A stretch of 64,000 bases of DNA from Schmidtea polychroa (lineage: Eukaryota), in NCBI GenBank assembly GCA_044892525.1, contig CM097885.1, positions 18,230,001-18,294,000 on the forward strand, written 5' to 3'. The notes below the pieces were generated by a model. It worked only from the letters and a program-made list of their open reading frames with translations, did no database searches and was not told the DNA's origin. The stretch's first letter is position 1. Every line of letters starts with the position of its first letter. Shown piece after piece: positions 25,350 through 38,431 of the stretch. Both the position numbers and the translations under genes were made by a program.

Positions 25350-26420
25350 TAATTAATTGGCCTGGCGGGCTCACACTTTTTTTCATCCCAAAAATTAATG
25401 TTCTCGTTAACAGATTTTATTGACCGATACCTCATCTTAAAGCACAGTCCAAGACCTTTCGAATGAGCTATAGGTATCATATATATCTTTAATAGTTTTA
25501 ATGTTATTAACAATTGATGACCACCATCTTTTCAACGTTAAATTATTATTATTTTCCAAAATATTATTAATTGGCCTGGCGGGCTCACACTTTTTTTCAT
25601 CCCAAAAATTAATGTTCCCACCAACGGATTTTATTGGACGATACCTCATCTTAAAGCTCAGTCCAAGACCTTTCGATTGATCCATAGAAGGTATCATCAT
25701 CATTAATATTGACAAAGTTATTAACAATTGATGACCACCATCTTTTCAACGTTAAATTATTATTATTATTCAAAATATTATTAATTGGCCTGGCGGGCTC
25801 ACACTTTTTTTCATCCCAAAAATTAATGTTCCCATTATCCGAATTTATTAATCGATAGCTTATTTTGAAGCGTAGTCTAAGACCTTTCAATTGAGCCATA
25901 GAAGGTATCATCATCATTAACATCGGCAAAGTTATTAAAGTTTTACCGAGACCATTTTTCAAGGTCATTTATTTTTTCAAGGTCATTTATTTTTTCAAGG
26001 TCATTTATTTTTTCAAGGTCATTTATTTTTTCAAGGTCATATTTTAAAATTTAAATGTACAGAGTTCCCGACAACGATAATTATTCAACGATAGCTCATT
26101 TTAAAGCCCAATGCAAGATCTTTCGATTGATTCATAGAAGGTATCATCATCATTATTATTGACAAAGTTATTAACAATTGATGACCACCATCTTTTCAAC
26201 GTTAAATTATTATTATTATTCAAAATATTATTAATTGGCCGGGCGGTGACATACTTTTTCTCATCCCAAAAATTAATGTTCCCATTATCCGAATTTATTA
26301 ATCGATAGCTTATTTTGAAGCGTAGTCTAAGACCTTTCAATTGAGCCATAGAAGGTATCATCATCATTAACATCGGCAAAGTTATTAAAGTTTTACCGAG
26401 ACCATTTTTCAAGGTCATTT
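25350..26420. repeat. About 214-bp tandem units carrying five dyad-symmetric sites; mirrored at about 37030-38110
   Basis: TTAATTGGCCTGGCGGGCTCACAC recurs at about 25353, 25567, 25781 and (variant) 26231. Confidence 0.9.
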
Positions 26421-26585
26421 ATTTTTCAAAATATTATTTTCAAGGTCAAGGTCAAGGTCATTTATTTTTTCAAGGTCATTTAATTTTTAAATAAAAGGTC
26501 AAGGTCATTTATTATTTTCAAGGTCATTTATTTTTTCAAGGTCATTTATTTTTTCAAGGTCATTTATTTTTTCAAGGTCATTTAT
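25955..26585. repeat. 18-bp TTTTCAAGGTCATTTATT arrays (two blocks: about 25955-26040 and 26405-26585)
   Basis: Seen directly; mirrored at about 36880-37040 and 37405-37510. Confidence 0.92.
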
Positions 26586-26611
26586 TATTTTTTAAGTTTT
26601 TAGTTTCTAAG

Positions 26612-26663
<52 letters not shown>

Positions 26664-26835
26664 ATTATAGTTATAATTATAATTATTATATACTCCTAGT
26701 CTATCCGACAAGATATTCTGTCCCCCTATGGGTACTGCACACAAATGTACTACTCACACTCAACAAGTCACAAGGGTACTGCTCACACTCAATATGTCGT
26801 AAATTATTATTATTATTATTTCAAATACAAGTTCA

Positions 26836-26875
<40 letters not shown>

Positions 26876-27240
26876 TATTATTACGCGCACGGGGAATATT
26901 ATTGTCATATATACTCTTAATCTATCCGACAAAATATTCTATCCCTTTATGGGTATTGCTCATATGGGTAATGGTCAAAGGTGTACTACTCACATTCAAC
27001 ATGTCTCAAAGGGTATAATATAATTATTATTAAATTCTGACCAACTTAAATCAATGAAGGGGTAGAACAAAAATATATTAAGTTGCGGTATTTTAAATTT
27101 AAAAATATTTTAAAAACTTATTTTGACACTAAAGTTTACTTAATTAACAAAGACATAATTATTGCACATGCTTTGCATAAATATTATTATTATTTTTTTA
27201 ATTTTCAATATTTTCTTTTAAAGTATTAACACGCGCGGGA

Positions 27241-27314
<74 letters not shown>

Positions 27315-27318
<4 letters not shown>

Positions 27319-27827
27319 GTTAATGAAAAATCTAAAATATGGTTTACACACACAACCCCTCAACCATTATTATTATTATCAATATCAAAAACCTAAAATA
27401 TTTTCTACACACACACACATGCACAACTCATTAACCATTATTATTATCATTATTAGTGAAAACCTAAAATATTTTTTACACACACACACAACCCATTAAC
27501 CATTATTATTATTATTATCAATATTAAAAACCTAAAATATTTTTACACACACACATACAACTCATTAAACTTATTATTATTATTATTATTATTGCAAATA
27601 TTAGTCAAAAACCTAAAATATTATTTACACTCACACAACCCATTAACAATTATTATTATCAATATTAGTGAAAACCTAAAATATTTTCTACACACACACA
27701 CAACCCATTAACCATTATTATTATTGCAAATATTAGTCAAAAACATAAAAACACTCATAAACCATTATTATTATCAATATTCGTGAAAACCTCAAATATT
27801 TTTTACACACACACACAACCCATTAAC

Positions 27828-27884
<57 letters not shown>

Positions 27885-27920
27885 CAATATTAGTGAAAAA
27901 ACCTTAAATAATTTTTACAT
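27315..27920. repeat. About 65-bp minisatellite (AAAACCTAAAATATTTT..ACACACAC..AACCCATTAACCATTATTATT); mirrored at about 35530-36135
   Basis: Seen directly. Confidence 0.9.
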
Positions 27921-30900
27921 ACTAAGTTATGGGGTAGAGTATTATTATGTTTGCAGTATTCTGTGTTTGCCTTTACAGGAAGTTGTCAATAATTTTACAC
28001 ACACATTCTATATACACATACCTTGTTTAACATGGGTGTATATACTCCTAGTCTATCCGACAAAATATTCTGTCCCCCTATGGGTATTGCTCACAAAGGT
28101 ACTACTCACACTCAACATATCGCAAGGGTATATTAATTATGGTTAGTAAATAAAACCTATCACACACACTTTAATATTTAAACGAAAAAAAATCAAGACA
28201 AGAGAGGACAAGGCAAAGTTAATGCATTTAGTATTGCCAGGCCTAATGAGCAGTGACCAAATATCTGTGCCTGAAAGACACGGTGGATATTTGTTCGCGT
28301 CCACAAGGGTCGTCTGTGCCTCCCCCAAGTGGGGTCAGGAGAACCTGGGCATTATAGCTTTCCGTACGGAACATTACGCCTAGCATGGGTAGTCAACTAC
28401 CAGCACATTCGAAACGTATAATTTCAAAATACATGCGTCATTGGCACTATAACCAAATTAATTAATGTTTTCACTAACACAAAAATATATTTACAGAGGC
28501 CTCCCACTAGTTGGATTACAACCGCCCACCACGACGATCAGCTTGTAAATATATATTAATTAAGGGATAAAGAGGACCCACCCAACCCTATTATATTTAA
28601 TTTACAAATTTTTCTCGCTCTTCTGTTGGTATTCTATCTCAAAATTATCATCTCCATCGGGCCATTTGGAATACATCTTGCAAATTGGACGTATTTCTTA
28701 GTTTCTGATGCGGCGTCCACTATCATTGCTAAAATTTATATTGATTTAAAAGCAATTAACTTACATTATCTAACATTTTATCATCACAGGCTTGATAAAT
28801 TAGGCAACTGTTATTTGTGGTATACTTTTTCAATGTCATTTCCCACCATAAAACACAGATACCTAAATATAATATATATATATATTTTAAAAGATTAATT
28901 CATGTCTTACATTAATAATAATATTCTTCAGGTATGACGAGTACTTTACTTAATTGCTAAAACGTCGATTTTTCCCATTTTTCTTGACATTTGTTGAAAG
29001 TTTACATAATTTAAGTCTGATAATTCATGTTGAAGGACACCCACAATCAGCTAATTCATTTAAGAAATCCAGAACATAGCAATGTTTCACCATTTTATCT
29101 GGTTCATCTTCTTCATAATTATATAATTCATTTTCTTCATTACTAAGTAAATTAATTAAAATATTGTAGTAAATTCTTTATTTACTTACTTTATGGATAC
29201 TAAAACGAAAGAAATAAAGTTATATCAAAAGTATATTTAAATAAATTAAATTTAAATAATTTAATTTAGTTATTTAAAAATATTTAAACAATTTAGTTAT
29301 TTAAGCATATTTAAACATTAACATTATTATATAGTATAATTTTATATAATATTATAATTTTATGTACACTTATATATCCTTCATTTAATTTTTTAAATTC
29401 AAAATTTATAATGAAGATTCTTTGAATTAAAAAATATTCTGTTAGTATTTCCAGGCAGTAAACAACGAATTCAATAATTAAAATCTTAATTTTCATGTTG
29501 TTAGGGTTGTGGCCAGAATTTAATCGCCATCTAATCGTTTGTTCTCAATTTCGCTCATTTTTGTTCAAAACATTCAGGTGAGTTGTTATCTGGAAAGTTT
29601 CTTTGAGCTCAGTTTTGTTAAAACACTCACGGTATTTTTGAGGGACATGACACTGGGAATAAATTAACAATGGGTGGTCTTGCATACATGTTGTTGGTTT
29701 GAACTGTTGATTTATTTTAGAAATATGTATATTAAAAACATTTAAGGTATCATTCAGTAAAATAATATAGTATTTTTGAGTATTTTTAGTTGATTTATAA
29801 ATAACAGTATTTTGATATATCAATAAAGACCATATACTCCTAGTTTATCCGACAAAATATTCTGTCCCCCTATGGGTATTGCTAGCAAGGGTACATCTCA
29901 CATTCAACAAGTCGCAAGGCTATATTAATCATTTAGAAATTCTTAGGTAATTTAGTGAGATGATCAGAAATTCGTGAATATTTTAAATGTAACTTTACAC
30001 TTATGTCGAGCGACTAATTTATTGGTTAACTTTGTAGTCATTTAAAGCAAAAATTAATTTATTCATCTAATGTTCGTTACAATAGTTAATAATATGAGAA
30101 AAACATGGTCATTATTCATTGATAATTTTAAATTCTTTATCATTTGGAGTAAATTTGTTTGAGGCAAAAATAATTAAAGGAGTCATAATAGAAATATGGT
30201 TATCATTTATCCAATTAAGGGGCCTATTATTTAGAAATATATATTATAAAGTAACAATTATTTTCTAATTTAATTAGATGATCATTAGACGTAATATATC
30301 TTTGCGAGAAATTTAAGATGTTTGAGTAACCAAAACATGGACATTTTGTGCGATAAATTTATGAATATTGCTTAATTTTGTTATTTTTAGTCATTTAAAA
30401 TAATATTTAGCAAATGTAATTTAGCAAAATATCATTTATCCACCCGATAACAATATTCCTTCAATAGATTAACTGATATTCAACCTATTTAATTTCTGGA
30501 AATATAATTAAAATCATAAATTTCCTTCATGAAAGTTAAATTTTCTTTAGTTGTCGATGTCTAACTCTTTTAAGTCAATATTTTTGTTACCGTTATCTTC
30601 ATAATGAATGTCCGTCTTTAAAATGTTAAATAAAATAATTTAAAGCAATAACCTTTGATATCAATTATCTCTAAATATTTCAAATATTGCATTGTCAAAA
30701 CCAAGTAAATTAGTCATTACCCATTAATAAAACCGTGGATAATTAATAAAAACTGGTTCTGAAACATAAATTACTGTGCAATAACATTCATCACAACCTC
30801 TAAAACGATATAATTTCACAGGAACTATTCATAGCTGACTATTTCCCTTGAAAATTTGATATTTTACCAATAAGAATATATAAATATTCAAAACATTAAC

Positions 30901-33900
30901 CGATCCCTCACCAAATATCTTTACCCCTTAAAACACCTTAAATCGTATATATTACCATCTTAACCTTCACTAAATCCAACCGAATATAATTTCATCCACT
31001 TGTGCCCTTTAATAAATCTTAAAATCTATAGAAAATTCTTCAAAATATGAATTTTATTTAATTGTCACAGACATTCTTCCATTGAAATAATTTAGTAGCT
31101 AAATTCAAAGAGTCCACTAAAAGATCAAAATTCATTAAAATAAATATTTAACCACATGTGTCATCAAATACCTAACTAGAGATGATAATATCTCATTGAT
31201 TGATCATAATTATAACCATTATAACATGATATATCTTTCAAACTAAATTTAGGTATATTTTACAATAATTTTCAAGTAGATTTCAAATATATCATCATCG
31301 TGAAAAAATTAGATTGTTTCAACTTTAGATTTTCAATATTTTAAAGTTCATCAATGTGTAAATATTCTTAGAAAAATATATGAAAAAATTATTTAGTCAA
31401 ATTATCATTACAAAGTCATCATCATCATCAAAATTAATAAAATATAGCAAATTATCAAGAAATTAATTAAATTTATCTTAGAATTAACACTAAACCTTAA
31501 ATATTCTTTCAATTAACATGAAATTCACAAAAAAATATTAGTAAAATCCCGCTAACTCTAAAAAATTACCAATGAATTTAATGCCAAATAATAACCAAAT
31601 ATTTGCCTAAATAAAATCATTAAAACACACCAGTACCTTTACGACCAGTACCCTTACGACCAGTACCCTTACGACCAATACCCTTACAAGCAGTACCCAT
31701 AGAGGGAGAAAATATTTTGTCGGATAAACTCCGAGTATATATAATAAAACGAATTAACAATAACTCCATCAAATTGAATCAGTCAAATTATCACAAATTT
31801 TAATAAAAAATCTTATTCTAAAGTGGTAAGCAGCGTAAAATCGAAAGATAATTTTAATAACACAGAGATAAAATTAACAATATTATTCTCAGGTGGTAAG
31901 AATCATCATTATTCTATGATTAATTAATAATGAAATTCAAAAAGGTGAAAATAAGGGTTTGAATTATTCATTAATGGAACGTAAATGTAAATATACCGAG
32001 AAGTGTCATAGATAAGATGGAAATATATTAATTGCATTTATTTAAAATTATTTCATGAAATTCATAAAAATTTATAAAAATGATCACTTTAATAAAAAAA
32101 AAATATTTAATTCAATGTTCAAAGAAATAGTTGTTGGGAGGATTAGTGGAAAATGGGGGGCTATAAGTGATGAGTATTTATAAATTATTTCTAATATATG
32201 AGTGACTAACGAATAATAATAATGTGATAAACAATTATTTTGATAAAGTATTTAATCCAAAAATGACAAACATACATAACAAATGGTATTTGACTAAGCA
32301 ATTATGATAACTTTATATTTTAAATTTTGATTAACTCCTTTAATATTGAATTAATAATTATGAGATTTACTATTTTACATTAAATATTTCAAAAACAGTT
32401 ATTCTAAAAGATAATTTAAGATACATTACTCTTTTTAATCAAAATAATCTCTCAAAGTTAAGAAGGAAACAAAGTGTGTCAGAACACATACCCAGCATTA
32501 ACTTTACTTAAATTTATGAAAACATCAAGTAAGCAATGATAATAGAGGGATAACAGACTCAAAAATAAAATATTATTCTCAGGTGGTAAGAATCTTCATT
32601 AAAGTTAGGAAATTATTTATTATTCTGTGATAAATTAATAATAAACTTCAAAGGGGTTAAAATAAGTGTTAGAATAATTCATTATTGGATTATGGAAGGT
32701 TAATGAAAATATACTGAGAAGTGGCATGGATATATATTAATTGTATTTATTTAAAATTATTTCATAAAATTCATAAATTTCATAAAAATTCATAAAAAAC
32801 GTTCACTTTAATAAAAAAATATTTAATACAATTTTAAAGGAAATATTTGCCAGGAGAATATAACCAATAAATTAGTCGCTCGACATAAGTGTAAAGTTAC
32901 ATTTAAAATATTCACGAATTTCTGATCATCTCACTAAATTACCTAAGAATTTCTAAATGATTAATATAGCCTTGCGACTTGTTGAATGTGAGATGTACCC
33001 TTGCTAGCAATACCCATAGGGGGACAGAATATTTTGTCGGATAAACTAGGAGTATATGGTCTTTATTGATATATCAAAATACTGTTATTTATAAATCAAC
33101 TAAAAATACTCAAAAATACTATATTATTTTACTGAATGATACCTTAAATGTTTTTAATATACATATTTCTTAAATAAATCAACAGTTCAAACCAACAACA
33201 TGTATGCAAGACCACCCATTGTTAATTTATTTCCAGTGTCACGTCCCTCAAAAATACCGTGAGTGTTTTAACAAAACTGAGCTCAAAGAAACTTTCCAGA
33301 TAACAACTCACCTGAATGTTTTGAACAAAAATGAGCGAAATTGAGAACAAACGATTAGATGGCGATTAAATTCTGGCCACAACCCTAACAACATGAAAAT
33401 TAAGATTTTAATTATTGAATTCGTTGTTTTCTGCCTGGAAATACTAACAGAATATTTTTTTTAATTCAAAGATTCTTCATTATAAATATTTGAATTTAAA
33501 AAATTAAATGAAGGATATATAAGTGTACATAAAATTATAATATTATATAAAATTATACTATATAATAATGTTAATGTTTAAATATGCTTAAATAACTAAA
33601 TTGTTTAAATATTTTTAAATAACTAAATTTAAATTATTTAAATATAATTCTGATATAACGTTATTTCTTTCGTTTTAGTATCCATAAAGTAAGTAAATAA
33701 AGAATTTACTAAAATATTTTAATTATTTTACTTAGTAATGAAGAAAATGAATTATATAATTATGAAGAAGATGAACAAAATGGTGAAACACTAAATGACT
33801 TATGTTCTGGATTTAGAGATTTCTTATTAAAACATGAATTATAGAAGAAAATGAACCAGACAAAATGGTGAAACATTGCTATGTTCGGGATTTCTTAAAT

Positions 33901-35568
33901 GAATTAGCTGATTGGGGGTGTCCTTCAACATGAATGTTTACTTAAATTATGTAAACTTTCAACGAATGTCAAGAAAAATGGGAAAAAACCGATGTTTTAT
34001 CAATTAGATATTGTAAAGTACTACCTGAAGAATATTATTATTAATGTAAGACATGAATTAATTCTTTAAAATGAAGGATATATAAGTGTACATAAAATTA
34101 TAATATTATATAAAATTATACTATATAATAATGTTAATGTTTAAATATGCTTAAATAACTAAATTGTTTAAATATTTTTAAATAACTAAATTAAATTATT
34201 TAAATTTAATTTATTTAAATATACTTTTGATATAACTTTATTTCTTTCGTTTTAGTATCCATAAAGTAAGTAAATAAAGAATTTACTACAATATTTTAAT
34301 TAATTTACTTAGTAATGAAGAAAATGAATTATATAATTATGAAGAAGATGAACCAGATAAAATGGTGAAACATTGCTATGTTCTGGATTTCTTAAATGAA
34401 TTAGCTGATTGTGGGTGTCCTTCAACATGAATTATCAGACTTAAATTATGTAAACTTTCAACAAATGTCAAGAAAAATGGGAAAAATCGACGTTTTAGCA
34501 ATTAAGTAAAGTACTCGTCATACCTGAAGAATATTATTATTAATGTAAGACATGAATTAATCTTTTAAAATATATATATATTATATTTAGGTATCTGTGT
34601 TTTATGGTGGGAAATGACATTGAAAAAGTATACCACAAATAACAGTTGCCTAATTTATCAAGCCTGTGATGATAAAATGTTAGATAATGTAAGTTAATTG
34701 CTTTTAAATCAATATAAATTTTAGCAATGATAGTGGACGCCGCATCAGAAACTAAGAAATACGTCCAATTTGCAAGATGTATTCCAAATGGCCCGATGGA
34801 GATGATAATTTTGAGATAGAATACCAACAGAAGAGCGAGAAAAATTTGTAAATTAAATATAATAGGGTTGGGTGGGTCCTCTTTATCCCTTAATTAATAT
34901 ATATTTACAAGCTGATCGTCGTGGTGGGCGGTTGTAATCCAACTAGTGGGAGGCCTCTGTAAATATATTTTTGTGTTAGTGAAAACATTAATTAATTTGG
35001 TTATAGTGCCAATGACGCATGTATTTTGAAATTATACGTTTCGAATGTGCTGGTAGTTGACTACCCATGCTAGGCGTAATGTTCCGTACGGAAAGCTATA
35101 ATGCCCAGGTTCTCCTGACCCCACTTGGGGGAGGCACAGACGACCCTTGTGGACGCGAACAAATATCCACCGTGTCTTTCAGGCACAGATATTTGGTCAC
35201 TGCTCATTAGGCCTGGCAATACTAAATGCATTAACTTTGCCTTGTCCTCTCTTGTCTTGATTTTTTTTCGTTTAAATATTAAAGTGTGTGTGATAGGTTT
35301 TATTTACTAACCATAATTAATATACCCTTGCGATATGTTGAGTGTGAGTAGTACCTTTGTGAGCAATACCCATAGGGGGACAGAATATTTTGTCGGATAG
35401 ACTAGGAGTATATACACCCATGTTAAACAAGGTATGTGTATATAGAATGTGTGTGTAAAATTATTGACAACTTCCTGTAAAGGCAAACACAGAATACTGC
35501 AAACATAATAATACTCTACCCCATAACTTAGTATGTAAAAATTATTTAAGGTTTTTTCACTAATATTG

Positions 35569-35622
<54 letters not shown>

Positions 35623-36131
35623 GTTAATGGGTTGTGTGTGTGTGTAAAAAATATTTGAGGTTTTCACGAATATTGATAATAATAATGGTTTATGAGTGTT
35701 TTTATGTTTTTGACTAATATTTGCAATAATAATAATGGTTAATGGGTTGTGTGTGTGTGTAGAAAATATTTTAGGTTTTCACTAATATTGATAATAATAA
35801 TTGTTAATGGGTTGTGTGAGTGTAAATAATATTTTAGGTTTTTGACTAATATTTGCAATAATAATAATAATAATAATAAGTTTAATGAGTTGTATGTGTG
35901 TGTGTAAAAATATTTTAGGTTTTTAATATTGATAATAATAATAATAATGGTTAATGGGTTGTGTGTGTGTGTAAAAAATATTTTAGGTTTTCACTAATAA
36001 TGATAATAATAATGGTTAATGAGTTGTGCATGTGTGTGTGTGTAGAAAATATTTTAGGTTTTTGATATTGATAATAATAATAATGGTTGAGGGGTTGTGT
36101 GTGTAAACCATATTTTAGATTTTTCATTAAC

Positions 36132-36206
<75 letters not shown>

Positions 36207-36571
36207 TCCCGCGCGTGTTAATACTTTAAAAGAAAATATTGAAAATTAAAAAAATAATAATAATATTTATGCAAAGCATGTGCAATAATTATGTCTTTGT
36301 TAATTAAGTAAACTTTAGTGTCAAAATAAGTTTTTAAAATATTTTTAAATTTAAAATACCGCAACTTAATATATTTTTGTTCTACCCCTTCATTGATTTA
36401 AGTTGGTCAGAATTTAATAATAATTATATTATACCCTTTGAGACATGTTGAATGTGAGTAGTACACCTTTGACCATTACCCATATGAGCAATACCCATAA
36501 AGGGATAGAATATTTTGTCGGATAGATTAAGAGTATATATGACAATAATATTCCCCGTGCGCGTAATAATA

Positions 36572-36611
<40 letters not shown>

Positions 36612-36783
36612 TGAACTTGTATTTGAAATAATAATAATAATAATTTACGACATATTGAGTGTGAGCAGTACCCTTGTGACTTGTTGAGTGTGAGTAGTAC
36701 ATTTGTGTGCAGTACCCATAGGGGGACAGAATATCTTGTCGGATAGACTAGGAGTATATAATAATTATAATTATAACTATAAT

Positions 36784-36853
<70 letters not shown>

Positions 36854-38280
36854 CTTAGAAACTAAAAACTTAAAAAATAATAAATGACCTTGAAAAAATA
36901 AATGACCTTGAAAAAATAAATGACCTTGAAAATAATAAATGACCTTGACCTTTTATTTAAAAATTAAATGACCTTGAAAAAATAAATGACCTTGACCTTG
37001 ACCTTGAAAATAATATTTTGAAAAATAAATGACCTTGAAAAATGGTCTCGGTAAAACTTTAATAACTTTGCCGATGTTAATGATGATGATACCTTCTATG
37101 GCTCAATTGAAAGGTCTTAGACTACGCTTCAAAATAAGCTATCGATTAATAAATTCGGATAATGGGAACATTAATTTTTGGGATGAGAAAAAGTATGTCA
37201 CCGCCCGGCCAATTAATAATATTTTGAATAATAATAATAATTTAACGTTGAAAAGATGGTGGTCATCAATTGTTAATAACTTTGTCAATAATAATGATGA
37301 TGATACCTTCTATGAATCAATCGAAAGATCTTGCATTGGGCTTTAAAATGAGCTATCGTTGAATAATTATCGTTGTCGGGAACTCTGTACATTTAAATTT
37401 TAAAATATGACCTTGAAAAAATAAATGACCTTGAAAAAATAAATGACCTTGAAAAAATAAATGACCTTGAAAAAATAAATGACCTTGAAAAAATAAATGA
37501 CCTTGAAAAATGGTCTCGGTAAAACTTTAATAACTTTGCCGATGTTAATGATGATGATACCTTCTATGGCTCAATTGAAAGGTCTTAGACTACGCTTCAA
37601 AATAAGCTATCGATTAATAAATTCGGATAATGGGAACATTAATTTTTGGGATGAAAAAAAGTGTGAGCCCGCCAGGCCAATTAATAATATTTTGAATAAT
37701 AATAATAATTTAACGTTGAAAAGATGGTGGTCATCAATTGTTAATAACTTTGTCAATATTAATGATGATGATACCTTCTATGGATCAATCGAAAGGTCTT
37801 GGACTGAGCTTTAAGATGAGGTATCGTCCAATAAAATCCGTTGGTGGGAACATTAATTTTTGGGATGAAAAAAAGTGTGAGCCCGCCAGGCCAATTAATA
37901 ATATTTTGGAAAATAATAATAATTTAACGTTGAAAAGATGGTGGTCATCAATTGTTAATAACATTAAAACTATTAAAGATATATATGATACCTATAGCTC
38001 ATTCGAAAGGTCTTGGACTGTGCTTTAAGATGAGGTATCGGTCAATAAAATCTGTTAACGAGAACATTAATTTTTGGGATGAAAAAAAGTGTGAGCCCGC
38101 CAGGCCAATTAATTAAAACAAAAAATTTTAAAAAAAAAATTTTTTTTTCCCGGGGGGGGGGGGGGGGGGAGGGGGTATATGTGGCGCGGGGAGCTCCTGG
38201 TCTGGGGAGCTCCAATCATACTACTTCTTAGTAGTATTATATTGTTATATTAATGTTACGTATTATAGTAGCCTTAATTA

Positions 38281-38380
<100 letters not shown>

Positions 38381-38431
38381 TAAAACAATAAAATGATAAT
38401 TTAAGCCTTTTGCTGCAAATAATGTATTTAA

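Larger units (their letters stand above)
25249..38225. mobile_element. Element B: 13.0-kb palindromic non-autonomous Polinton/Maverick-like element
   Basis: Termini AGTAGTATGATTGGAGCTCCCC / GGGGAGCTCCAATCATACTACT; 6-bp TSD TCTTAG (25243-25248, 38226-38231); arms 25249-30028 and 32861-38225; mirrored identical ORF pairs (e.g. 26745/36424, 28143/35125). Confidence 0.92.

Noticed and set aside
37029..38028. Repeated 96-105 aa ORFs (MTLKNGLGK...) as a peptide gene family
   Set aside because: The unit length (about 214 bp) is not a multiple of 3 and starts fall inside the 18-bp repeat. Some changes look synonymous, but dyad DNA symmetry explains the conservation better.
5079..38225. Giant palindromes as long-read fold-back or assembly artefacts
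   Set aside because: Each has unique flanks with a perfect 6-bp TSD, a unique spacer and arm differences, and A lies inside a hAT with its own TSD. Read-level confirmation is still desirable.
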